The position numbers were made by a program, and so were the translations under genes. DNA of 62,398 bases, counting the filler. It is 5 parts of 5 records of this genome, joined end to end, with 100 filler letters (N's around TTAATTAATTAA, not from the genome) between each part and the next. Parts side by side here need not be neighbours in the genome. Positions count along the whole stretch, not along the records: positions 36,606 to 43,664 come from SRR2962707_1845; positions 43,765 to 56,871 come from SRR2962707_1846; 3 more parts are not named here. The stretch is one strand, 5' to 3'. Of the stretch, positions 39,059 to 48,689 are shown one piece after another (within the stretch, counting starts at the first letter, position 1; the number at the start of each line of letters is the position of its first letter). The notes below the pieces were generated by a model. It made no database searches and was not told the DNA's origin. It worked only from the letters and a program-made list of their open reading frames with translations.

Positions 39059-42000
39059 GGGCGGAAGCGAGTTTGCCGCTGCTGCGAATGAGCGGCCGGC
39101 TCGCATCGCCGATCACGACGTAAGGCCCCCAGTAATAGGGGTGGCTGAACTTCTGTTCGGCAATCAGCGACATCTGCGCCGTGCGCAACGCATTGTCCAC
39201 CGCCATGCCGTTCGAGCTTGCAAAGAAGCGCCTGACGATGAGGTCGGCCGCGGCATCGTCCGCCACCCAATGCGTCGCCATCACGGATCGCGCACCGGCA
39301 TAGATGAAGCTCCGCACGAGGCCGTCGAGCTGCGCGCCGTCGAAGACCGCGGCAATACCCTGCGCGCCTTCCGCTTCCCGCGCGGTGTCGCAGGCGGCGA
39401 GAAGCACCAGTTCCGCATCGAGCTTCAGGTCGAGGATTTCCGACGCGCTGAGAAACCCGTCACCGCCGTCCTTCGCAAGCGACGTCAGGAGCGAGGGTTC
39501 CGTGATGCAGAACCCGTCTCCGAAGAAACCATGCGTAACGAAGACAAGAACCTGCTGCTTCGCTAAATCGTCGCTGGCCAGAATGCTTCTGTCTGTGAAT
39601 TTCGAACCTGAGATATCCGTGCGGACAAAGCGCGAGGCGACGTCCCCGGCAAGCGGCGTCAGCGGTCTGGTCAGCGCGTCTTCCGAAAGGAACAGGCTGC
39701 CGCACCGGTCGGGCCGTCCTTCGGCCATCATGCGAGTGGTGAAATCGGCCGTCCATGTCGCAGATGTCTGCGGTGGATCGGGCGGCCCGAAAACCGCGAC
39801 GGTGCCGGAAGATTTCGCAGGCCCCGCTTGCCTTGCGGCAACGAAACTCGCCGCGCTCGGCGCGCTCGCGAAGTTGAACTCGGTCGCGAGGAATGCAATG
39901 CCCATATAGTCGCGGGTTCGCTGCGGCGCGCGGATGTCCTCCGGCAGCCGGGAAACGAGAATGGCGGGCGGCACCGATCCGGCGACGCCGCGCGGTGCGA
40001 ACACGATGGTGTCGATGCCTTTGGCGGTGAGTTCGTCATAGACAGGCCCGAAGATGCCTTCGAAGAGTTCATGCGCCTGCTCGACCCCGTAAGGCGGAAC
40101 GCCTGCCGCCCGGCTTCGCAAGGTGACGCGCAGCCGCCGGACGAGCGTCTCGGCAGTCTCCCGGGTCAGTCCTGTTTTGAAGACCCGCGTTTCGCCGCCG
40201 AAGATCGCATAACCGAGCCCGCCGGACCGTGTCGCGGTGAAAGCGATCAGCGCTTCATTGGGGGCAAGGGTAGCGGCGATATCTTCCGTTGCGACGCCAC
40301 GATTAACGAGCTGCATATATTCCGGCTCGGCGCGGCGCGCCTTTGCTTCGGCATCGAGAACCGCGGCTTCCGCAGCCTTCGCCTCCGCTTCGAGCGCGGC
40401 AAGCCTCTCCGGGTCGTCGACGCCCGCTTCCGCCTGCAGCGCCTGCAAGGCGTCGCCGAGTTTGCGTTCCGCGTCCTGGAGTGCCCTTATCTCCTCCGAC
40501 GCAGCTTCCGAGCCGATACGCGCGGAGGCGAGCGCCATGGCAGCGGCAGCGCGCGGTTCCACGACGGCCTCGAATGCCTGAATGTAACGCTCCTTGAGCA
40601 GGGCAGCGTCGCCTTCGTTCCGGTCGATGGCTTCGACGAGAAGCGCCAGGTACTCGCCCGCATTGTCGGGTGAGACACCGAAGGAACCTTCGACGCCAAG
40701 ATAGAGTTCGAAGGCTTCGTGATAATCGGCAAGCGCGCCCGCTTCGTCTCCCGTTGCAAGGCGTGCGCGCCCGAGGCTGGTCAGGAAGCGTGCCGTGAGA
40801 AGCGAACGAGGCTCCTGCTTGCGCCACTTCACGAGCACCGCCTGCAGCCGCCCGATGGCCGCGCTGGCGCGCCCCGCGTCGATATCGTCAAGCGCCCGCT
40901 TTTCATCCACCAGCGTTTCGAGCCACAGCACCGATCCGGCGGGGGCGGAAAGAATAAGCGCGGAGGCTTCGTCGAGCGCCGCAGCCGCTTCCGGCTGCTT
41001 TCTGAACGAAAGCGCGACTGCCCGGATATAGGCCCGGTGCGCCTTCAGCACGATAGCGCGAACTTCCGGCCGCAACTCGGTGTTCGAATAGAGGGGCGGC
41101 GCGCTGTTGCTGTCGCGCTGGTTCACATAGCCCGCCTCGCGTGCGGTGATGACGCTGAGATCGCCCGTGCCGCCATGGGTAAGCACGGCGTTCCCGTCTT
41201 CAAGGTCGATTGCGAAATCCCGCTTCGCCTCGGCGAGCGCAGCGCTGTAGTCGCCCTTGTTCAGATAGTGAACGGCGCGGTAGTTAACGATCTTGTCCTG
41301 AACCCACGCCGTCGTTTGCGAGCCGAGGGAACTCGATGTGTCCTCGAGCAGGCGCTCGGCTTCGGCGAACCGGCCCTGATTGCTGAGGTTCAGCGCGAGG
41401 TCGAGGGTGATGTCGGCGCGCCGCGCGGCATCGCCGCCGAAAAGCCCGTCCTGTATGGCGACCGCCTGAGCGTAGTCGGCGGCGGCCTGTGCAAATTCAT
41501 AGGAAATATTGCGCTGATGTCCGCGCTTCCGAAGGAGTTCCTGATCTTGCATCGCCTGCACGCCGGGCAGCAGCGCGAGTTCTTCCTCCGACAGCGCCTG
41601 CGGCGCCTCGGCACCGGTGAGAACGGCCGCCGCGCGCTGCATGGCGGGAAGGGCGCCGGGTAGTCCGCGCGCGCGAACATTGCTTTCGGTGCCGCTCATC
41701 TCTATCGCGACGTCCTGAAACAGGTCGCTCGATTGCGCGCCCGGACAGCGCATGACCGTTCCCTGCGCCGAGCTGAACTCGTCTTCCGGTATACATCCCT
41801 CAAGGAGCGAGCGGTCGAGCCCCGCCGCCTCCGCGGATTGAACCCTGACGATGGCAGCGGCCTTCCGCCATTTGCCGCAGAACAGTTCGTATTGCGCGCC
41901 GTCGCCGCCTGCGACCTCGATATCGTCGCGCCGGATCGCGCGGCAGGTTTCCGCGTCGGCGCTCGCACCGAGGTCGAGAGAGGCCGGAAATTTTTCGACC

Positions 42001-42068
42001 GGCACGCTGACGCAGCCCGCCAACAGCGGGAGAAGAAGCGCGAGGAAGATGAACCGTTTGCTCGTCAT
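39054..42068 (-). CDS. Lipoprotein TPR-CHAT (caspase-fold) protease
   Basis: Lipobox LLAG-C after MTSKRF; TPR-like helices (LALNLSNQGRFAEAE); CHAT motifs FVTHG (His codon 39531-39533), DGFLSASEI, LVLLAAC (Cys codon 39390-39392), GLVRSFIYAGARSV.ATHW.ADD, SHPYYWGPY. Confidence 0.9.
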   Translation of the reverse strand: MTSKRFIFLALLLPLLAGCVSVPVEKFPASLDLGASADAETCRAIRRDDIEVAGGDGAQYELFCGKWRKAAAIVRVQSAEAAGLDRSLLEGCIPEDEFSSAQGTVMRCPGAQSSDLFQDVAIEMSGTESNVRARGLPGALPAMQRAAAVLTGAEAPQALSEEELALLPGVQAMQDQELLRKRGHQRNISYEFAQAAADYAQAVAIQDGLFGGDAARRADITLDLALNLSNQGRFAEAERLLEDTSSSLGSQTTAWVQDKIVNYRAVHYLNKGDYSAALAEAKRDFAIDLEDGNAVLTHGGTGDLSVITAREAGYVNQRDSNSAPPLYSNTELRPEVRAIVLKAHRAYIRAVALSFRKQPEAAAALDEASALILSAPAGSVLWLETLVDEKRALDDIDAGRASAAIGRLQAVLVKWRKQEPRSLLTARFLTSLGRARLATGDEAGALADYHEAFELYLGVEGSFGVSPDNAGEYLALLVEAIDRNEGDAALLKERYIQAFEAVVEPRAAAAMALASARIGSEAASEEIRALQDAERKLGDALQALQAEAGVDDPERLAALEAEAKAAEAAVLDAEAKARRAEPEYMQLVNRGVATEDIAATLAPNEALIAFTATRSGGLGYAIFGGETRVFKTGLTRETAETLVRRLRVTLRSRAAGVPPYGVEQAHELFEGIFGPVYDELTAKGIDTIVFAPRGVAGSVPPAILVSRLPEDIRAPQRTRDYMGIAFLATEFNFASAPSAASFVAARQAGPAKSSGTVAVFGPPDPPQTSATWTADFTTRMMAEGRPDRCGSLFLSEDALTRPLTPLAGDVASRFVRTDISGSKFTDRSILASDDLAKQQVLVFVTHGFFGDGFCITEPSLLTSLAKDGGDGFLSASEILDLKLDAELVLLAACDTAREAEGAQGIAAVFDGAQLDGLVRSFIYAGARSVMATHWVADDAAADLIVRRFFASSNGMAVDNALRTAQMSLIAEQKFSHPYYWGPYVVIGDASRPLIRSSGKLASAQ

Positions 42069-43663
42069 CTGACCCCGGCTCCCCACAGGCTTTCGTTGCC
42101 GGTCGCGGCGATGCCGCCGAGATCGCCCTCGCCGTCGAGATCGTCCTCTTCGTCGTCGAAGCTCAGATCGGGCCCTGCGACATAGGGGTTGGGGTCGCTG
42201 CCCGCGACGCCCGCCGTCGGTTCGGCTTCGCGGAGGAGCGCATTGGAGCAGCTGACCGCATCTCCGATGATGCAGAGATTGAAACGATATTCCTTCGATT
42301 GCCCGAGCGGCTCCTCGACCACATTGCCGCTTCCGTCCGTCGTTCCGGGAAACAGAATGCGTGGTTCGAGACCGGCGGAGTAACTGGTCACGCGGGTGCC
42401 GTCATCGCGGATGATCACGCCGAAGAGCACGACTTTCTCCGGCCCGTTGCCCGAGGGATTGACGACCCCTTCGCCGACAGCGGCCACCTTGAAGACAATG
42501 CCGCGGCCGTCGACACCGGTACCCGTATTGAGCTGGACGATATCGCCGGGTGCATGGAGCTTCAGGTCATCCGCCGCGATAAAGATATGGTTGCGCCGGC
42601 TCTTGTAGGTGGCGGGGTTCAGTTTGCCGAGCGTCGAGAGGGATGGATCGTTGGCTTCGTAGAAAGCCCGGAACGCTTGCGGCCCGATGATGATGTCTTG
42701 CGAGGAATTGAGGGTAACGGCGCCGAGCCGCCCGGTTGCCGTGTCCCTCCCGAGTTCGCCGGGAACGACGATGAGCCCCGGGCGCCTGTCGTCTGCGCCG
42801 TCGACATAGCCGAGCGTGAGCGCATCGAGGCCCTGAACCGAACCGGCCGCAATGATCTGCGAACTGTTGCTCGCGCCAATTGACAGGTCGCCGAGCGTGG
42901 CGCCCGTGAAGTCGACATCGAGGAGCAGGGCATCGTTTGCTTCCGCGTCGATCCGGAGCGTCCCCGTCGATATGCGGGAAAGTTCGTCCGCGTCGATGGT
43001 GAGGCCGGCGGGATTGCGCAGGATCACTGTGCCCGTTCCGCCATCGCCGCCCAGCACCACGGTGGTTCCACTGTCGAGCGAGGTCAGGCGGACTTCGTCG
43101 CCCGCGCTGATCGAGCCGGACAGGTCGAGGTCGAGCGCCATGATGCTGACATTCGTGAGCGACGAGATCCTGTTGATGATGGCGTCGCCCTGACCGGCTT
43201 CGAGCAGCAGCAGGCCGCCATTGGCGGTAACGGATCCTTGCACATCGACGTCCCCCGTCAGGGCCTGCAGCGACGCCTGCCCCATCGTGACGATATCGCC
43301 GAGAACGTCTATGGCGCCCGCGACGATCGTCGTATCTCCATCGCTCTCCATGTCTCCGACCGTCGCCAGTCCAAGCTTGGCTTCGACCAGAATGTCGCCG
43401 TTTTCCGATGTCGTCTTCCCGCCGAGCGTCGCATCGCCCGCCAACGCGCGGAAGGTTGCGTCGCCGCCGGCCGTCGCGTCGCCGCTAACGTCCAGACTTG
43501 CAGCCGTCACCTCGATGGTCGTTTCGGCATCGAGCGCGGCGAGGCTTGCTTCGCCATCTGCGTCGATCTCGATGGAACCGGTCGTGGCGGTGATCGTGTC
43601 GGAGGCCGTTATGTCGCCTGCGGCTTCCAGATCGACGCTCGCCGCCTCGACGGTTCCCTGAAG
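42065..43663 (-). CDS. C-terminal part of a large filamentous-hemagglutinin-like repeat protein, 5'-truncated
   Basis: Frame is open to the contig end (LQGTVEAASVDLEAAGDITA...); Gly/Ala/Thr/Asp-rich beta-helix-like repeats; stop overlaps the CHAT start (ATGA). Confidence 0.72.
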   Translation of the reverse strand, partial: LQGTVEAASVDLEAAGDITASDTITATTGSIEIDADGEASLAALDAETTIEVTAASLDVSGDATAGGDATFRALAGDATLGGKTTSENGDILVEAKLGLATVGDMESDGDTTIVAGAIDVLGDIVTMGQASLQALTGDVDVQGSVTANGGLLLLEAGQGDAIINRISSLTNVSIMALDLDLSGSISAGDEVRLTSLDSGTTVVLGGDGGTGTVILRNPAGLTIDADELSRISTGTLRIDAEANDALLLDVDFTGATLGDLSIGASNSSQIIAAGSVQGLDALTLGYVDGADDRRPGLIVVPGELGRDTATGRLGAVTLNSSQDIIIGPQAFRAFYEANDPSLSTLGKLNPATYKSRRNHIFIAADDLKLHAPGDIVQLNTGTGVDGRGIVFKVAAVGEGVVNPSGNGPEKVVLFGVIIRDDGTRVTSYSAGLEPRILFPGTTDGSGNVVEEPLGQSKEYRFNLCIIGDAVSCSNALLREAEPTAGVAGSDPNPYVAGPDLSFDDEEDDLDGEGDLGGIAATGNESLWGAGVR

Positions 43664-43664
43664 G

Positions 43665-43764
43665 NNNNNNNNNNNNNNNNNNNNNNNNNNNNNNNNNNNN
43701 NNNNNNNNTTAATTAATTAANNNNNNNNNNNNNNNNNNNNNNNNNNNNNNNNNNNNNNNNNNNN
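43665..43764. other. Artificial contig linker
   Basis: N44-TTAATTAATTAA-N44. Confidence 0.98.
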
Positions 43765-43765
43765 T

Positions 43766-44071
43766 CATAATCAGGACAAGGTCAGCATGGGCACGATTGC
43801 CGCACGCGATTGCCTGCGCGTCCTGCAACTGACCGAACAGGTCGTGGCGGCAAACCTTTTGGCTGTTGGTCAGGCCATCGCGTTGCGCGAAAAATCTGGT
43901 GAATTAACCAAGAAACAACTCGGCCCCAAGGTTTCGGCCTTTATCGACAGCTTAAAGGAAGACATTCCTTTCATCGCCGAAGACCAACCGCTTGAAGGCA
44001 CCTTGCGCCTTCTGGTGTCGCGCATTCAGAAACGCCACTGGGCGCTCTATGATGAAGAAATCGCATCATGA
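43766..44071 (+). CDS. C-terminus of a HAL/PAL/TAL-family aromatic amino-acid ammonia-lyase (5'-truncated)
   Basis: HNQDKVSMGTIAARDC motif read from the contig start. Confidence 0.85.
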   Translation, partial: HNQDKVSMGTIAARDCLRVLQLTEQVVAANLLAVGQAIALREKSGELTKKQLGPKVSAFIDSLKEDIPFIAEDQPLEGTLRLLVSRIQKRHWALYDEEIAS

Positions 44072-44478
44072 TCAGTGCATCTGTCACCGAAACGATTCAG
44101 TTTTATCATCTTGATCCGATGAATGTCGTCTGGCACGGCAACTACGTGCAGTTCTTTGAAAATGCGCGCTGTGCGCTTTTGGAAAAGATTGACTACAACT
44201 ATCCGCAAATGGATGCATCGGGCTATGTCTGGCCGATTGTTGACATGCGGGTCAAATATGTCGGGCCCTGCACCTTTGGGCAAAAAATCACCATCACAGC
44301 AACCTTACGCGAATTCGAAAATCGCCTGAAAATTGATTATCTGATCACGGATACGAAAACGGGCACCAAACTGACCAAGGGCTTTACCATTCAGGTCGCA
44401 GTGGAAAAAGACACCGGCGAAATGCTGTTTCGCAGTCCCGACTTCCTGATTGAGAGGCTGGAGGCCATGACCCCATGA
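44068..44478 (+). CDS. apeK: 4HBT-type acyl-CoA thioesterase (ApeK-like)
   Basis: F..LDPMNVVWHGNY..FFE.AR; E.ENRLKI.Y; ape gene order. Confidence 0.82.
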   Translation: MISASVTETIQFYHLDPMNVVWHGNYVQFFENARCALLEKIDYNYPQMDASGYVWPIVDMRVKYVGPCTFGQKITITATLREFENRLKIDYLITDTKTGTKLTKGFTIQVAVEKDTGEMLFRSPDFLIERLEAMTP

Positions 44479-45125
44479 CGCACCGATGGTCAAAAGCTGT
44501 GGCATTGTTTCTGTTCTGTGCGGCGGTGCTTCCAGCATTTCCGGTCCATGCGGACGCAACAAATTTAACATCAACCGTCATGCCAACCCCGATCAGCGAT
44601 CGGCAATATCTGACCGGCACCTTTGCCCTTGACCGCCATCTTGACGGCTTTGACGCACCACTTACCTCGACCGGTGACTTTGCCCTGTCGCCCCGCAAAG
44701 GTCTGATTTGGCAAAACCTGAAACCGTTTCCCGATACCACCGTGATGAACGATCAGGGAATTGCCCGCAAACATGATGACGGCACATTTGAAACCATTGC
44801 ATCAGGTGCGCGGTTTCATCAGTTCATCGCGCTGATTTCAGCCGTTCTTGCCGGAAACTGGGAACCGCTGTCTGATCAATTCACCATCACACCCACAAAG
44901 ACCGCCACAGCATCGAACTGGCAAGTCACACTGGCCCCAAAGAACAACAACGGATTGTCCGAACAGGTCAGCCAGATCGTCATTAAAGGGGGTGAATTTG
45001 TCACCCACGTCACCCTGCACAAACCATCAGGTGATCGCGACGAAATCACGTTGAGCAACCAAACCCGCCACGACCTGCCACTCCCCGATGATCTTGCCAA
45101 TCTGCTTTCGGGAAACCCTGATTGA
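44475..45125 (+). CDS. apeL: LolA-like lipoprotein carrier (ApeL-like)
   Basis: Signal peptide; PL.S.G.F....GLIW....PF; W.VTL.P; ape gene order. Confidence 0.8.
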   Translation: MTHRWSKAVALFLFCAAVLPAFPVHADATNLTSTVMPTPISDRQYLTGTFALDRHLDGFDAPLTSTGDFALSPRKGLIWQNLKPFPDTTVMNDQGIARKHDDGTFETIASGARFHQFIALISAVLAGNWEPLSDQFTITPTKTATASNWQVTLAPKNNNGLSEQVSQIVIKGGEFVTHVTLHKPSGDRDEITLSNQTRHDLPLPDDLANLLSGNPD

Positions 45126-47437
45126 TGGCAGTGCGCGGGGGTATATGGGGCATTTTCCTGTTGATCATGGCGACCTTTGCCATTTGGCAGGTCACATCGG
45201 ACAATGCCCGGATTGATGGCGATGTCCTGTCCCTGATCGGGTTGGAAAAAACCGACGATGCTGCCGGCAAATCCGATATCGAAACCGTGCGCGACTTACT
45301 GGCAAATGATGCCAATCAGGCCATCATTATGGTGTCGACCAACCAGCAAGATATGCTTGAAACGGCAACCCGTGCGTTGGCTTCTGACATCGCAAACATT
45401 CCGGGCACAAAGTCGGTTTCTATGCCGGGATATGACGCGGGAAACCTTGCGCGGCTTTCAGATTTTTACCTGCCCCATGCGCAAAGCCTGCTGTCGGACA
45501 GGGACCGGGCTCTTTTGCGCGACGGCAACGGTGAAGCGGTTTATCAAAACGCGGTCAAAACGTTGTATGCGCCGGCTTCAATGGTCAGTGCGGCATCGCT
45601 CCGTGCTGATCCGTTTTCCCTGCTTCCCGGTTTTCTGGCCGAACTGGGCAACAAACTTGGCTCTTCCGGGATCGTGCAGAGAGACAACCACTTGCACACC
45701 CCGATCATCATATCCCTGACCCCGGACCTTCGGCGTCAAGGACGGGACATCGCATGGGTGGGCAAGGTCAATGACGCCATCGCCAACGCCCAAAGCACCG
45801 CAGATCAATCTGACGGACTCACCATCGCGAAAACCGGGCAAGTCTTTTTCGCTGTGGCCGAGGCAACTGCTGCAAAATCCGATGTCCAGCGCATCGCCAT
45901 CATTGCGACCCTTGGCATTTTTGCCATGGTGCTCAGTGTGTTTTTCTCCCCACTCCCCCTGATCGGCACCTTGATCACGGTCGGCAGCGGCTTGATCGCC
46001 GGTATTGCTGCCGTCACCCTGATTTTCGATGGCATTCATGCCATTGCGCTGGTCTTCGGGGCCAGTCTGATCGGGATATCGGTCGATTATGCGCTGCATT
46101 ATCTGGTGCTACCCGCCGATGAAAAATCACCGACGGCCCGGATTGCGACGATCCGTTCCGGCCTAAGCCTTGGCCTTTTGACCTCGGTTTGCGGCTTTGC
46201 GGTTTTAGCCATCAGCCCGGCCATCCTTCTGGCCCAAATCGCGGTTTATTCCATCGCCGGGCTTATCGCGGCCTATGTCACCGTGCTTTTCGTCCTCCCA
46301 CTTTTGCCCGTGCGAAGCGTCAAGCACCGGTCGCTCATCCCGCGTGCGTATCAGAAACTTGATGATACCTTGCGCCGCCTAAGACTGCCCCGGTTGGTCC
46401 GGGGGGTGGGTGCGCTTGCCATCCTTGGTGGATTTGCGGTCTGCGTTCTGTTCATACCAACCGATGATGACATCCGCCATCTCGGGCATGGCAACGACAC
46501 TCTGACAACGCAGGCGCGCCTGATCGGCGATACCATGGGCATGGGCGGCAACCCCGTCTTTATCCGGATTGATGGCGCAGACAGCCAAACCCGCCTTCAA
46601 ACGGGAGAGGCCGTACAAAACGCACTCCGCCCCCTGATCAAAGACGGCACTATCGGGTCTGCCTTTGGCTTGTCGGACATGATCCCATCAATCAAACGAC
46701 AGGACGAAAACCGTACCCTGATCAAAGATCAGCTCTTTGAAACTTACGCACCAAAACTGGCACCGCTGCTTCCGATCAACATTCAAACGCCCAACCCCGA
46801 CGCCCCTTATTTACACGCCGACGCAGATGCTTTTGCCCAGTTCCCGGAACTGGCAAACCTGCATGATGGCATGACCGATATCGTCCGGCTAAACGCCGTG
46901 ACCGATGCCAATGCTGTTGCCACGGCAATTGCCGACATCGACGCCGCCCGTTTAATCAACCCGCGCGCCACCATCACCGACCAGTTCGCCCATTATCGCA
47001 ACTGGGCAACGGCGGGATTGGCGATTGCCTTGTTGATTGCCGGGGTTCTTGCCATGGGACGCTATGGCATGATCCGTGGGCTATGTGTTTTAGGAACGCC
47101 TGCGGGGGCGATGCTTGTTGCACTTGGCGGGGCGGCTGCAATCGGGATCACAATCAATTTCTTTACCATCATGGCACTGTTTCTGGTGTTTGCCATCGGG
47201 GCCGATTACGTGATCTTCTTTTCCGAAAGCCAAAAGCACGGCCAACAGGATGCGACCCGGTTTGCCGTGTTCTTATCGCTGATCAGCAGCATTTTGGCCT
47301 TTGGCCTGCTCGCCAGCAGTTCTGTTCCCGTGGTCAGTGCCATCGGAACAATCATGGCCATTGGACTTCCAACTGCATGGGTGCTTTCCTATGCCATGTG
47401 CCCCACATCCGTGAAAGCCGATCAATCTGATGTCTGA
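45122..47437 (+). CDS. apeM: MMPL/RND-like exporter (ApeM-like)
   Basis: Multi-TM; L.ADPF.L, FG.SLIGISVDYA.HY, IGADY.IF. Confidence 0.85.
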   Translation: MMAVRGGIWGIFLLIMATFAIWQVTSDNARIDGDVLSLIGLEKTDDAAGKSDIETVRDLLANDANQAIIMVSTNQQDMLETATRALASDIANIPGTKSVSMPGYDAGNLARLSDFYLPHAQSLLSDRDRALLRDGNGEAVYQNAVKTLYAPASMVSAASLRADPFSLLPGFLAELGNKLGSSGIVQRDNHLHTPIIISLTPDLRRQGRDIAWVGKVNDAIANAQSTADQSDGLTIAKTGQVFFAVAEATAAKSDVQRIAIIATLGIFAMVLSVFFSPLPLIGTLITVGSGLIAGIAAVTLIFDGIHAIALVFGASLIGISVDYALHYLVLPADEKSPTARIATIRSGLSLGLLTSVCGFAVLAISPAILLAQIAVYSIAGLIAAYVTVLFVLPLLPVRSVKHRSLIPRAYQKLDDTLRRLRLPRLVRGVGALAILGGFAVCVLFIPTDDDIRHLGHGNDTLTTQARLIGDTMGMGGNPVFIRIDGADSQTRLQTGEAVQNALRPLIKDGTIGSAFGLSDMIPSIKRQDENRTLIKDQLFETYAPKLAPLLPINIQTPNPDAPYLHADADAFAQFPELANLHDGMTDIVRLNAVTDANAVATAIADIDAARLINPRATITDQFAHYRNWATAGLAIALLIAGVLAMGRYGMIRGLCVLGTPAGAMLVALGGAAAIGITINFFTIMALFLVFAIGADYVIFFSESQKHGQQDATRFAVFLSLISSILAFGLLASSSVPVVSAIGTIMAIGLPTAWVLSYAMCPTSVKADQSDV

Positions 47438-48689
47438 CAATCATTCTGAAAGCCACCTCATGACCGATTGTGACATCGCCATCATCGGTGCCGGACCGGC
47501 CGGAACGGTTGCGGCCAAATTTCTCCGTGATGCGGGATTAAACGTGATTGTGCTCGAAGCGCAAACCTTCCCGCGCTTTGTCATCGGCGAAAGCCTTCTG
47601 CCTCACTGCATGAATGTGCTTGAGCGGGCTGGTTTGCTTGTTGCGGTCGAAAAAGCCGGTTTCCAGCACAAAAACGGGGCCGTCTTTGAACGCGGACCAC
47701 TTTATCAATCCATTGATTTTCGCGAAAATTTCGAAGACAGCGGATGGGGCACCACCTTTCAGGTTCAACGCAGCCGGTTTGATCACATTCTAGCCCAAAC
47801 CACCATCGATGCCGGGGTCGATATCCGTTTTGGGCATAAGGTCACCGATGCGGTCTTGTGCGATGGTGACTGCACCCTCGACTATGAAAATGATGCGGGT
47901 CAAACCGGTCGGATAAGATCGACGTTTGTTCTCGACGCCAGTGGTTATGGCCGGGTCCTGCCCCGAATGCTCGGCATTGTAAAATCAAGTCAGTCGACCG
48001 AACGGCGCGCCCTGTTTACCCATCTGCGCGACCATATATCCGAAGCCAATTATGACCGGGAAAAAATCCTGATCACGGTCCACCCGACCTGTTCCGAAAT
48101 CTGGTATTGGCTGATCCCGTTTTCCGACGGCACGTCCTCTGTCGGGGTGATTTATCCCGATCAGTACCCGGAATTTGATGGTCTTGATGATCAGGCCATC
48201 TTTGATCGCCTGATTGGTGATACGGGCCTTGGCCCCCTTTTGGCCAAGGCCGAACCAACCCGTCCTCTTAATGCCATTGCCGGATACAGCGCACAATCGG
48301 ACACCCTTTTTGGCGACGGCTATGTCCTTCTGGGCAATTCCGCCGGTTTTCTTGACCCGGTTTTTTCATCGGGTGTGACCATTGCCATGCATTCCGCCGA
48401 ACTGGCGGCAAAGGCGCTTATTGCGCGTCACAATGGTAAGGCCGTCGATTGGGATGCGGATTACGCCATTCCGCTTAACCGGGGTGTGGAAACGTTCCGT
48501 TCATATGTCGATGCATGGTATGACGGACGTCTACAAACGATTATTTTCAATCAGCCCGATGATGATACAAAACTCAAACGTATGGTTGTTTCGATCCTTG
48601 CAGGATACGCTTGGAACCTCGACAATCCGCTGGTAAGCAAAACTGACCGTTATCTGGAGATGTTGCACGACCTATGCGATCCATCCTGA
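47430..48689 (+). CDS. FAD-dependent oxidoreductase with flavin-dependent halogenase signatures
   Basis: GAGPAG, FPRFVIGESLLP, FQHKNG, WYWLIP (WxWxIP), FLDPVFSSG. Confidence 0.85.
   Translation: MSDNHSESHLMTDCDIAIIGAGPAGTVAAKFLRDAGLNVIVLEAQTFPRFVIGESLLPHCMNVLERAGLLVAVEKAGFQHKNGAVFERGPLYQSIDFRENFEDSGWGTTFQVQRSRFDHILAQTTIDAGVDIRFGHKVTDAVLCDGDCTLDYENDAGQTGRIRSTFVLDASGYGRVLPRMLGIVKSSQSTERRALFTHLRDHISEANYDREKILITVHPTCSEIWYWLIPFSDGTSSVGVIYPDQYPEFDGLDDQAIFDRLIGDTGLGPLLAKAEPTRPLNAIAGYSAQSDTLFGDGYVLLGNSAGFLDPVFSSGVTIAMHSAELAAKALIARHNGKAVDWDADYAIPLNRGVETFRSYVDAWYDGRLQTIIFNQPDDDTKLKRMVVSILAGYAWNLDNPLVSKTDRYLEMLHDLCDPS

Noticed and set aside
39054-42068. TPR-CHAT as a type III-E CRISPR (Csx29) or gasdermin-activating protease
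   Set aside because: No cas genes, array or gasdermin on the contig, and the lipobox points to export
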